From: Azolla caroliniana
Lineage: Eukaryota > Plantae > Polypodiophyta
Length of the DNA stretch: 64,000 nt
NCBI GenBank assembly: GCA_043228905.1
Contig: JBHGNT010000016.1
Location: 7,130,001 to 7,194,000, forward strand
Direction: 5' to 3'
The number at the start of each line of letters is the position of its first letter. Position 1 is the first letter of the stretch. Below are positions 26,877 through 39,569 of the stretch, one piece after another. The notes under the pieces are model-generated. The model did no database searches, was not told the origin of the DNA, and saw nothing but the letters and a program-made list of their open reading frames with translations. The position numbers and the translations under genes were made by a program.

Positions 26877-29800
26877 CTACTGATCAATGAGCTGTCTAAG
26901 CACATACTGGAGGATCCCACCATGCTCGAAGTAAGTCAATTCCACCTGGAAGACAATCATGGTAATGAAATTCTTAATATACAGGCTACATATCATATTA
27001 AGTGCTCATATATATAACTGCAATCTAATAATTTTTTTGGGAGATAACAAGGGCTCATTAAATATTCAAATACCTGGGTATCAAAACGTAGGGTACAAGA
27101 GAAGCTTTTGCCATTGTCTGTGGTTACTTCAATGTCTTGCCCAGGCTTGATGGATTTTATATCAGTCGGGAGATCAACGGAGAACCTCTCATAACCTGTG
27201 AGACCAAGTGTGTCGGCATCCTGACCAGGCTTAAAGCAAAGTGGGATAATTCCCATTCCAACTAGATTACTCCTGTGGATTCGCTCAAAGCTTTTGGCGA
27301 TGACTGCTTTAACACCCTATGCCCAAATGAAAATACGTGAGGATTAAGTGCAAAATGTGCCCCTGACGTAAGCTACACAATATAGGCATTCACCAAAGAG
27401 GCTTCATAAATTAGACACATGTCATATAACATGATCTGAAAGAAAAACATAACATCACCGCTACAGAGGCTTCAAAGTTGGCCTCCTATTGGACAATCGA
27501 AATTCTAATCTATTCACAAAATAGGTAAGAGTGCACATTTACCTGTAGATATGGACCTTTGGCTGCCCAATCCCTTGAGCTTCCGCTTCCATATTCGTCG
27601 CCTGCTAGAATGATTGTCTCAAAACCTGCTTCTTTGTATTTCTACACAAAAATATTACATAATTACCATGAAAATGTCACCTTAAAATTGAATGAGTTCA
27701 TTCAATTGATTTATTCTTTCAGAAAAAGCAAAGAGGACTACGCATTCCACAAGCTTACCATGGCAGCATCAAAAACATAGAGCTTTTCTCCTGATGGCAC
27801 ATGAATAGTCTTTGGACCAACCTCTCCATTAAGAAATTTGTTTACCAAGCGAATGTTAGCAAAAGTTCCTCTTGCCATGATCTCATCATTGCCACGACGG
27901 CTTCCATAAGAGTTGAAATCCTTCCTTTCCACTCCACGCTCAACCAGATACTTGGCAGCTGGACTATCCTTATGAATGTTACCAGCTGGAGATATGTGAT
28001 CAGTTGTAATAAAGCCTCCAAAGTTCAAGAGACAGTATGCATCCTTCACACCATGTGGGCCAGGTGGCTTCAATGTCATTGTCTTAAAGAATGGTGGGTC
28101 ATGAACATATGTAGACTTAGGGTCCCATGAATATAATGCACCACCAGGAGCAGCCAATTCATTCCACATAGCATTAGACTTTGTAATCGATGCATAAGTG
28201 GACTTGAACATCTCGGGTAGCACAGAAGCTTCTTCCACCTATGTTTTCAACATAACATTAAATATAGAAATTGCTTTTTTATCCCAATAAACAAAAAGTG
28301 TCATTAAATATCTGCAACAGTACTTGGAGAATCTCTTCCGTGGAAGGCCAAATATCCCTCAAGAACACTTCCTTGCCATCTTTGCCAGTTCCAATGGGTT
28401 CCTTCTCGAAATCAATATCAACCTGTATTATGAAAAAAAATGCACACAGAAGTTCACAATTGATTTGAATACGAGTGAACGAAACCTGAACATATCAAAC
28501 TAAAACAATACATCCATATTAATACTTACAGTTCCAGCAAGAGCATATGCCACCACAAGTGGCGGAGATGCCAGATAATTTGCCCGAGTCAAGGGATGTA
28601 CCCTGCCTTCAAAATTCCTATTGCCAGAAAGTACAGCTGAAGCAACAATATCTGCAGATAGAACATGCTTTTTGAGAGAAGACTCATGAACTTAGTAAAA
28701 TATAAAGATGAAATTGCATGCTTTTACAAAATCGATTAGGACTCAGAAGACAACGAGGTACCGTTCTCTACAATGGCAGCTGCCACTGCTTCATTTAGCT
28801 CTCCCGAGTTGCCAATGCATGTTGTGCAACCATAACCAACTAGACTGAAGCCTTGGATGTCTAAGAACTTATCTAATCCACTGAAAATACCAAAACATAC
28901 AGAAACATTTCAGACCCAGTCAGGATATATATATATATAATATATAAGTTAATTGATAATTGCTGGAAGGTATATTGGGTGGATTGTAGACCTTTGCTTC
29001 AAGTACTGTGTCACCACTCCAGAACCAGGTGCTAAACTCGTCTTGATCCAAGGTTTTACCTATTGTAAAAACCAGTTCAGATCTCATGTCACAAGGGTAT
29101 GAATATCTAAACCTAGCAAGCAAGAATACCTGGAGGCCTAGATCATATGCTTTTTTCGCTACAAGCCCAGCTCCAAGCATCACACTTGGGTTTGAGGTGT
29201 TCGTGCAACTAGTAATAGCTGCTATAACCACATCCCCATGTTTCAACTCTGCTGGTTGTCCATCGAATGTGAATTTCGAGACAGCACCTTGATCCTCTTT
29301 CGGAATAGCAAATCCCTACCGAACAGTCATGAAATGCAAATAATCATAGCAAGTTCAATCTATAGCTGACGCAAGAGGGAGTCCAAAAAGGTTGGAATGA
29401 TTAGCACATTACCTTGCAAAAGGATCTTTCAAATATGCTAGATTAATTACCACAATAGCTTTATCTTTTGCAGTGAAAAAAGAATAATATTTACCTTAAA
29501 GCCAACTTTGTTATTAAGACAATCGTGCCAATCGTTTTTCATGTCCTTCAGCGATACTCGATCATGTGGACTGTTCAAAATTTGATTAAATATGCTCAAA
29601 ACTATTGCAGACATCTCAATTCACAGATAAAGTTTAGACTTAGCACCACCGTAGTATTTTCGGCAACCATACCGCTTAGGTCCAGAGAGAGAAGGCTCTA
29701 CTGTTCCCAGATTCAATTCCAGATAAGATGAGTATGATTTCTCTGTCTGAGGCTGCAGATTTTTTGGTAGAGAACGCCAATTTAGATACAATACAAAATC

Positions 29801-32800
29801 AAAACCGCAGAAATATCAGAAAGAAAATGACCTACCTCATTGTGATCAATAAACATCTTATTTGCACGCAGATAAGCTTCAATCATTTTGACCTGAAGAG
29901 AATGATATTTTAAGACAAATGAAATTTTATACAGTGGTCTTTGTGATGATGAGATGAAAGAATAACTTACCTTGGTTTCATCTCTTCCAGTCAGACGAAG
30001 ATATTGCAAGGTGACATGATCAACAGGAAAGAAACCCATAGTAGCCCCATATTCAGGAGACATGTTTGCAATCGTTGCACGGTCAGCCAAAGACAATGCA
30101 GACATCCCAGGACCTATATTACACCAAAACCTTGTTGAAGATCACAAGTTTCCAGCAATTGGGGGGGAGGATATTCTGGTACATTTTTTAAAACTTAAGG
30201 GTATTCTGGTAAATATCCAAAAAGATTGGTGGTTTTTAGTGTTTTACACTTGATGAAAACAAATGCTAGATAGATTCCAGGTGTTTTAAAAATACCATAA
30301 AACTCCACAAATTTTCCAACCACCCCGTGCTTTCTCAGAATCTGGGTGATTGTAAGCACCAAGTCTGTAGCTGTCACACCTGTGCGCAACTTCCCATTTA
30401 ACTTAAAACCAACCACACCTGGGAGTACCATACTCAACGGCTGCAAAAGATAAGAATATGTCATAAGTACCCGTCCTCAAGCTTAAGAAGATAATGTGCA
30501 ATATGGATAGTGGTAGTAACATACTACTATATTCGAGTAAGTGATACATAGTAAGCACTACCATTGAAGCATTAAGTAAGAAAAAGTTCACGTAATACTG
30601 AGATTGCAAGCAGCATAGCACAAAAACCAGTGACAACTCACTTGTCCAAGCATAGCAGCTTCTGCTTCAATTCCACCAACTCCCCAACCAGCAACACCAA
30701 GACCATCAATCATAGTGGTATGCGAATCAGTCCCAACAAGACTGTCTGGATAAAGGATGCCTTCAGTGTTGAAAACCACTCTTGCAAGATATTCCAAATT
30801 GACCTATTGAGAATTATTTATTAATCAGCGTTTATGACAGATGTTATTGAAGTACATATACCAGGATGTTCAAATCAGTTACTTAACAGGTAAAAAGACT
30901 TCAAGACTCTGTTTGAGGTTCATGTTTCAAGCCACAAGATGCTGATTAAGAAAATACGATCACTAACTTTAAATTTGTATTTACTTTGCAAAATTCAACA
31001 GAAAATGGAACTTGTGTTTAAGGAAAAGATTTCATGCCAATGCGGTATTCTATGCTATGCGACAGGCAGCGTTCTATATAAATGATCCCTAACTGCAAAT
31101 AATATGAAATAATTACTTCAACAGTAAAATACATGCACAAAAAAAGCAGATAGCTAATTCATCTTGGACTTGTTGGATGCTCATAAAAAGTTCAAACATA
31201 AGTTTTCCTGTGTGAAACTAAATGCGTCTACAGCAATAATATTCTTGAAGTTATTTATGATTCATCTTTGACTTACTTGATGCACTATTCCTGATCCTGG
31301 AGGCACGACAAGCATGTTCTTGAATGCAGTGGAGCCCCATTTCAAGAATGCAAACCTCTCTTTGTTCCGATCAAACTCATGTTGCATGTTTGATTGAAGT
31401 GCATTCTTTGCCCTCGCAACATCTACCTGAACTGAATGATCTATGACAAGATCAACTGGTACCTGGAAGCATACAAATTTAGCAAATGAATTCTAGAAAC
31501 ACACAATGAGTAAATTATTTCAGTCAGATTCTCACCAATGGGTTTATCTTATTGGCATCACCACCAAGACGTTTTATGGCATCACGCATGGCAGCAAGAT
31601 CTACAACTGCTGGAACTCCAGTAAAATCCTGCACAATGCAAATTCATTTGTGTACAGTGTTTACTTTAGAACACTTTTGTATTGGTTTTTGCTACTGAAT
31701 TCTCTAGTATTCATCAAAATCCAAGTTTCGACACCATTGGCTTCAGAGAGAATAACGCATGTACAGTGACCAGAATCAACCAATTCAACTACAAAACGAG
31801 TGGCAGATTTCCTACCTGCAGAATAACACGAGCTGGCTTGAAAGGAATTTCCACTTGCTTTGGAGAAGTATTCTCCCAATCAAGGATCTTCTCCACATCT
31901 TGTTTCAAAACTTGGAAATTGTCGCAATTCCTTACTGCAGACTCGAGCAAAACCTTGATGGAAAAAGGCAATGTATCTGAAGAAAATATGTCACACTTTC
32001 TTCATCAGCAAAATCAATCCGTTGTTTCACAGTCAAACCAAGATCTGACATATCATATTTAACTCAGTTAAATAATCACAGGCAAAGGTGGTTTAATACA
32101 CTAAAATTTCAGAGTTTCACTCAGCCTCAAAAAAATGGGAAAATGACTGAAGGTTCACCTGCTCGAGGATCGTTCAAAGCAGGTAGACTGTAGTATTTAC
32201 CATATGATCCACCCTCAGGATTCTGCAGATCTGTGACCGTAAACTTGAAGGGATTCGAGGATGCTGAATAAAAAAATGAAGTCATAAAAAGAAAGAATAT
32301 GAGAAACAAGAAAATGGAGCATTCTAACAGTATCTACTCTAGATTGAAGCTTTGAGCATAACTGCAGCATTGCTTCTTTTTTTTGTAACTATATTTAAAT
32401 ACATGCTCAATAGTAGTTGATCCTGATCCTATATTGAAACCAGTTCAATTTAACAATTGATTTTCATTTATATTCTTTACAGTACCATTAAGTCGCAATC
32501 ATAGACTAACAAACTATGCTAATCATTATAAAATGTGTGTTTTTGTGCATCTCCTTGAAACTTAAATGACCATTAATCATTTCTTCCATTAGAATTAAAC
32601 AAATCGTGATTTGTTTGTATACTTGAGGATTTGTTTGCAAACCTATATTAGAAAACTATTCTAATCTAAGAAAATGTATGAGTTATTGTGCTGGCAATTG
32701 AGCCTAGGGTTGTTATCACAGCCAAGAAGCAATTTAACTAAACATGGATGATCAGTTAGACCTGTAATACTAAATATTTTGCTTGATGTATCAGAAATAC

Positions 32801-33313
32801 CAATACAGAGAATTCAAAGAAGCGACTGATTGACTAAAACAGCCATATCAGGTCAACAAAATGCTTAGTTCATTAGTGGATATTTGACTTAACACAACAT
32901 ATTGGGGAGTTCAACACACGATTCACATCTCACATGTGGTTTGGCATCAGTTAACGGAAGTAAAACAAGCTAGAGCAGTGTTCTGGCAAAAACAAACACT
33001 GTGCCTTTCAGAATCAGTGACCTGGAAGTGATAATCTAATGCAAAAACCTTTAAAAACAGAGAGAGAAAGAAGACTGGTCTGAGAGGGTGTACCCATCGT
33101 TGACAAATTTCTTGCAAATCTTTGCAGAGGAGAGATCGAAGCAGGAGTTCGTGGCGTGTGAGAGAGAACCTCAATTCCACATTTATATTGAGAAGAAGAA
33201 GAAGAATCTGCGGCAGGAGGTCTCGAAGCAAAAGAAGAAGAAAAAGACGAAGAAGGAGACAAAAATCGTCCGGAAGATGTCCGAGAAGCTCGGATTACAG
33301 CAGAAAGATGCAT
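26877..33313 (-). CDS. ACO: Aconitate hydratase (plant ACO/IRP1-type) with N-terminal organellar transit peptide
   Basis: Multi-exon. Motifs: [152 protein letters not shown]. The N-terminus [19 protein letters not shown] is Ser/Arg-rich. Confidence 0.96.
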
Positions 33314-33609
33314 GTTTTTGGTTGTGTTTTTGTTTTTGTCGAGCAGAAAAACTGCAGGGGCGAAAAAAAAAGAAACTGTGGTACTATATATGGATATAGA
33401 TTATATGTCTCAGAGAGAGAGAGAGAGAGAGATGGGGAGAGACGCGAATGCGCAGGAATCTCGCGAAGATGAAAGAACTGTGTCTTATTCTTTCCTCTCT
33501 TTTTCCTTTCTGACTCTCTATGAAGACGAAGGCGATGGCGATGGCGAAATCGGAGGAAGAAGAAGAAGAAGAAGAAAGGAAGACGAAGACGAAGACGAAA
33601 AATATTATT

Positions 33610-33780
<171 letters not shown>

Positions 33781-35477
33781 TAGTTTTTTCTTTTCTTTTC
33801 TTTTGTGTTTTTTTCTTTTTATCTTTTTTTTTTTGGTTTTTTCTTTTTTGTTTTTATTTTTATTTTTTTTATTTAGTTTTTTGCTTTTTGCTTTTTGCTT
33901 TTTGTTTTTGTTTTGTTTGCCTACATATTATGTATTTAATTATTTCTTTATTTATTTGTAGCTTCGTTTAGGGCGTTGGTCCCTACAAGACAAAAAGTAA
34001 ACGCCCAAAAGAAACTTCTCCAATGTCTTGGTGCCTGCTTCATCCCCCCAACACCATGCTTTGATGCCTTTGTCCGCCTAACATGTCATGTCCTTGGCAC
34101 ACATATGATGCTCACCACTACATGTCGAGGAAGTAGCATGCCAAGCTATATGTCTAGTCATCATCCTGTTGGCCACAATGCTACTACATGTGAGATGGGT
34201 GAACAAGGGTGTAAGGTTATCGTGACACCCCAATTTGTTATGCATAAAGTGCACATATTCATGAAAACAAATTAGTCTTTTTTTGGGTAACAACATGTGG
34301 TGCACTACATTGTGTTATGCTTGTATTGTCTTGTTTGGTGGTGAAACATAAAGATTTTGGACAGTGACATGGTGGCATGCATGATAAATGGAACATTATT
34401 TATTTGGAGGCATGTCGATCTATGCACTCCACTATAAATGGAGAATATCCATCGTGGTAGTATTTAATAGGACGATAACCAAAAACCTATATTAATTATA
34501 ACATGTTTCCCATAATTGACAACACTCTTGTCCATCTGGTGGTAATATATCCGCATTGAAGTTTTCTAAGCTTTGAGAAATGCTCTTGTGCATATGGCAC
34601 CGTGTCATGTTATGTTAGCTCAATGTTCACCTAACTTAAGAATGGAGCCTAGAATACTTTTAGTGTCTATTCAATAGGGCAATGGAGTTTTTACATGATT
34701 CACACATTACATTCCGATTGATACCTTACGAAACTACACGAAGGATGGCACATGTTCCTCTAAATTCAATCAACATGCTAGACTTGGCAACACCTTCAAC
34801 TTGCATCCCATATTGTGCGAAGATAATTGTTATTGTATTCCTAATATGCCCTTTGATAATGCTCAAATGCTAAGGTTCCCTCATTTTACTTTCTATCTAT
34901 TTTTTTCAAAAGGAAATTTGGTGGAAATAAAAAGGAATCGCTTGATTGCATGAGACTATTGCAACTTTCAAAAGGCAACATTTTTTAAGATGCTTCAGCC
35001 TTCCATCATTCTTTTATTCAAAGCAAAAATGTTGATATGATAAAACCAATCCCAACTCTAATTCTCCATCCTTCAACCATTCAAATCATTATCACTCATT
35101 GCTTCAATGTCCAACACACAATAATAATATGTATGTATTTTCTACACAAAGTCTCCAAATGTAACATGACCACTATTTGATTGGCAAATCTAGTCTAACT
35201 TTGTTTCCCTTAAGATGGTCAATATCTTCATATACTTTATTCAACATAGCAACGGAATTTCTCCCAAAAAATGTGAGACTCCATATTATCATTTTTTTTC
35301 AACACATTGCGCCATTGGCATGCATTTGCCAAAATGGCACAAGTTTTATTTTTCATAAGTTGATCGAGGATGGTTCTCCTTTTCCATGGGAAAGTTTGCT
35401 TTCTCTTAGGAAGACTCTAAGTAAACAAGGGAAAACTTTCGACAAAATGCATATGTAAGTTTCCTTGCTTGTCAAAA

Positions 35478-35875
35478 ATTACACATACATATATAGGGGG
35501 GAGTATGTGTGCGTGCGTGCGTGTGCGCGCGCACTCCATGAAAGTTGAGGCTCTTGATCCCATGAAATTTAATATAATTATAGCTCTTGATGAAAATTTA
35601 TACTAGGTTATGGACGATGTAGTGTGGCAATTATTGTTTGCTCTTAAACAAGAAAGTATTACACATACATATATAGGGGGTGTGCATGCGTGCGTGCGTG
35701 AGCGCACACACTCCATGAAAGTTGAGGCTCTTGATCCCATGAAATTTAATATCATGTACATAACTATACCTCTTGATGGAAGTTTATACTATGTTTATGG
35801 ACAATGTAGTGCAGCAATTAGGAAACAAATTTGGTGAAAGTATTTAATTATTGTTTGTTCTTAAACAAGAAAGTA
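35478..35875. repeat. Direct duplication (~180 bp)
   Basis: ATTACACATACATATATAGGGGG...CTCCATGAAAGTTGAGGCTCTTGATCCCATGAAATTTAATAT occurs twice. Confidence 0.85.
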
Positions 35876-37974
35876 CGCATGTTTTAAGTAGTGAAATTAA
35901 ATTTAACAATATATAAGAGATCACATTGTATAACATGTTGTCTTAAGTATTACTCTCTTGGTGTTACAATTATTAATCAATGATGATGCTGGGGGATCAA
36001 TGTCACCACATGATTATAACAGTTTCACGTTTACCATTGTGTTTATTTATACTTACAAAAGTTTGTTGTTATAACCCATATGTACCTTTGGAGACATAAC
36101 AAAAAAGCAAGAGGATTTGGATCACTAGAATGACCAAATCTGGTTTCTCGTTGCATTGACAATATTTTGATGAAATAATGCTCGCTCCCACAATTTGTCA
36201 TTCTTCATGGATGCAAGAGAATGGGGGAAAGAAAGCCTTGGACTATGAGACTAGAGAACATATCATTTTATACAATGACCAACTTGTATAACTTGTCAAT
36301 TTAGTGATTCGGATTTTAATGGTAAATATAAGCGAAGAAGCACATTGACAAGATGTGCATTGTATGTGACCATGTTTTGCCACTGATAAGTGTTAGGACG
36401 ATGTCAATAAACGTTGTCAATTATTTGACCATATTTTCACAAGGCACCCTTGAGAATAATATCATGGATGGCCAAGACTACAATGACCAAATTTCAAGGA
36501 CGTTCTCTAGAGTTATTGGTTGATGAATGTTCCCAACATTGTTTTCATTCAATTTCCCAAACCATTGCTTGTATTGTGCTTCTATACATTTGAAGATTTC
36601 TCAAATTTAGAGTACTTGTCCATGAATCTTTATTACATATTGGATATATGCACAACATTATGTGCTAAAGGATAATGTGGTGCACAACCTTTGTAGAGTA
36701 CTACAATAAAATAGCATTGCATGTTTCATGCTTTGAATGAATCAACACATAACTGACTATTCTTGGGCTTTGGAAACAACTAACGAACATACAATAAACT
36801 TCATGCTTTGACATATGTGCTTAACAAGTACATACATGACAAAGTATAAAGCTACATGATTGGTTTGCGAGCTCTCTATGTTCAATATTCTCTTCTAGAA
36901 CCTTGCCGTCGAGTCTATCAAAATGTTGGATGGAGTGCTTAGATTTAATATAAAAATATTTTACTATATGACATCAATGTGTAAATTAGATAGTTTTATG
37001 ACTATACGAAACAACATTTGTATCCCCGTCTATTCGATGAAAACATGCAATTATATTAAGTGTATGTAAAATATGTTGCATCGATATTAGATAGATACTT
37101 TAATGTCACTAGTGACCACCACACGAGTTGTGTGACATAATAAAGCACCTGAAGGCAAGAAGCGCTCAACTGTAGAGAGAATCTCCATTTGCTCCATAAA
37201 CATGATTGTCAAGTTAGTAGTTCCATATCCATCATCAAATGTGGAAGCATTACACGATTCCCAATTATGTCGTAGTTCCTAGCATCTCGAATAGAGAAAT
37301 ATTTTATCCACCTTTGAAGTTGGGCCATTTATTGTAATTGAGAAAATACACATCAACTTATTTTTAGATAACAATGTGACAAAATCTACCGAATCTTAGA
37401 GATGATATTGCTAGATTGGGAGCAACTAGACATTCTATGAAATGGTTAGTATGACCATCCATTCAAACAATGCAAAAGAAAAAACACAATTACCTATTAC
37501 TATTTTGTGTTTATTTAGTGTTCAACCTATAGGTAAACACTAAATCACCACAAGTAAACACATTTGATCAAACAAAAATTAAGGGGTGCTAGTGACATTA
37601 TAAGATCTCTCGCCTTCCACAATTAGACTTGCTTACATACAATTGTTTTCTAGTCTTAGTTTATAGCCATCATGATTTGTATGGAGGCTCTAAAGAGTGG
37701 CGTTACAAATGATTCGTGGTCACTCACATAAACAACATGATTTATACCACACGAAAACTTTGATCTAGCTTGCATAAAATTGCATAATTTATACCACACA
37801 AAAACTTTAATCGAGCCATCAATACTCCTTCGATAGGGGATATTGTAACAATGATATACCTCAACCATGTATTCGTGGCATAAACCAGTAAGTAGGTGGA
37901 ATGAATGTGCATTAAGCATTTTCCATTAACAAAGGTTGAAGGGGCCATGCATCAACCACATCTCCCACCCTCCA

Positions 37975-38476
37975 CCATTCTATAGACTCTTATGGGGCAT
38001 AAGAACACCCCATGCTATAGGCTCTTATGGGGCATAAGAACACCCCATTCTATAAGATCTTCTAGGTCATAAGAACACCCCAAGCTATAGATTATTCAGG
38101 GGCATAAGAACACCTCATTCTATAGGCTCTTATGGGGCGTAAGAACAGACTCTTATGGGGCATAAGAACACCCCATGCTATAGACTCTTATGGGGCATAA
38201 GAACACCCCATTCTACAGGCTCTTTTGGGTCATAAGAACACCCCAGGCTATAGATTCTTCTGGGGGCATAAGAACACCTCATTCGATTGGCTCTTATGGG
38301 GCGTAAGAACAGACTCTTCTCTGGCATAAGAACACCCCATGCTATAGACTCTTATGGGGCATAAGAACACCTCATTCTATAGGCTCCTATGGGGTATATA
38401 AGAACACACGATTCTATAGGGCTCTTCTAGGGCATAAGAACACACTATTCTATAGGCTCTTCTGGGTCATAAGAAA
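37975..38476. repeat. ~31-bp minisatellite, ~16 copies
   Basis: Unit CTATAGRCTCTTATGGGGCATAAGAACACCCCAT, with variants. Confidence 0.92.
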
Positions 38477-39569
38477 GACACGTGTGGGGGGGGGGTTGGG
38501 GGTATCGAGTGGGAATTTAGGGAAAACCAAAAGCCGCAGCCAGAACACAGAGAGGACTCAGGAGGGGCATAATCACGAATTTCAGAAACCAGTGAGCAGT
38601 TATGGTATCTCCGCCAACAGACAGACAGAGCAGGAAGCCGTAGCAGTAGCAGAGGAGCAGGGCCATGGCCATGGCCAGGACCAGGACCATGAACAGGGAA
38701 GAAAAGAGGGATGGCTCCATGCCAGCCAAACGAAGCCTCCTGTTTCCAGGAATGGAGGAGCCATAACAATTCACGACAGCCACGCGAAGCCTCCTGATTG
38801 CCAGCAAAAGAAAGAAAGAAAACCTCTTCTATTCCAGGAATCCTACCATAATAGACTGCGCGGAACCGCCCCATGTAACCACGGGTATTATGTTTCTGCA
38901 GGTTATGGAAACGGTTTGATTCTATATAGGTTTAACTCTTAGCTCAAAGAGGCTCCCGTAGCGCATATTTTTTTTCTGAAATATTCTCCCTGTCTTAGTT
39001 ATGGATTACTCTCAGGAAGAAGATCCATAAAGTTCATAGTTTGGAACAATGCAGGCTTCATCTCAGCAAGACAATCCTATAAGATTCTTGAACCCACAGT
39101 CAGGAAGAGACTAGTTTGGCACAGATTCTTAGAGCATTTCAGTAAGACATAGTGTGTTTGCATTGAATGCGTCTCAGGAAAACAATCCTCTCAGTTGAAG
39201 GACATAAAGTCGAAGTTAAGCTTAGCAAGGTTGTGTTTATCAAGGAGCTTCGAAGAGTGCACTAGCAAAAGGTTGTCTGGATTAGGGACGTATTGTATAT
39301 TGCAGCAAGAGATTGTCTATTTTAGGGAATTATTCTTGGAAGATACTAAAGTAACTGGCATCAAGAGACTAGTTTGGGCGGCGAAGCAAACTTCTTTTTA
39401 TCAAGAGTCATCTGAAGGGTGTTTTAGCAAGAAATTGTCTATTTCAGAAAAGACCATCTTAGACAATCCTTGAAGTTATTGATTGCAAGAACCTAGTGTG
39501 GGTCAGCAAAGTTTTGTTTTTTAATAGGTGTACCGAGAGATTTTCTACAAGAGGTAGTCAATTTTAGTA

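Noticed and set aside
33990-37950. Long non-coding stretch that may be a decayed TE (for example helicase-bearing)
   Set aside because: I could not recognise any convincing motif, terminus or ORF.
37975-38476. CRISPR-like appearance of the 31-bp dyad repeats
   Set aside because: The units are contiguous with no unique spacers, there are no cas genes, and the context is eukaryotic.
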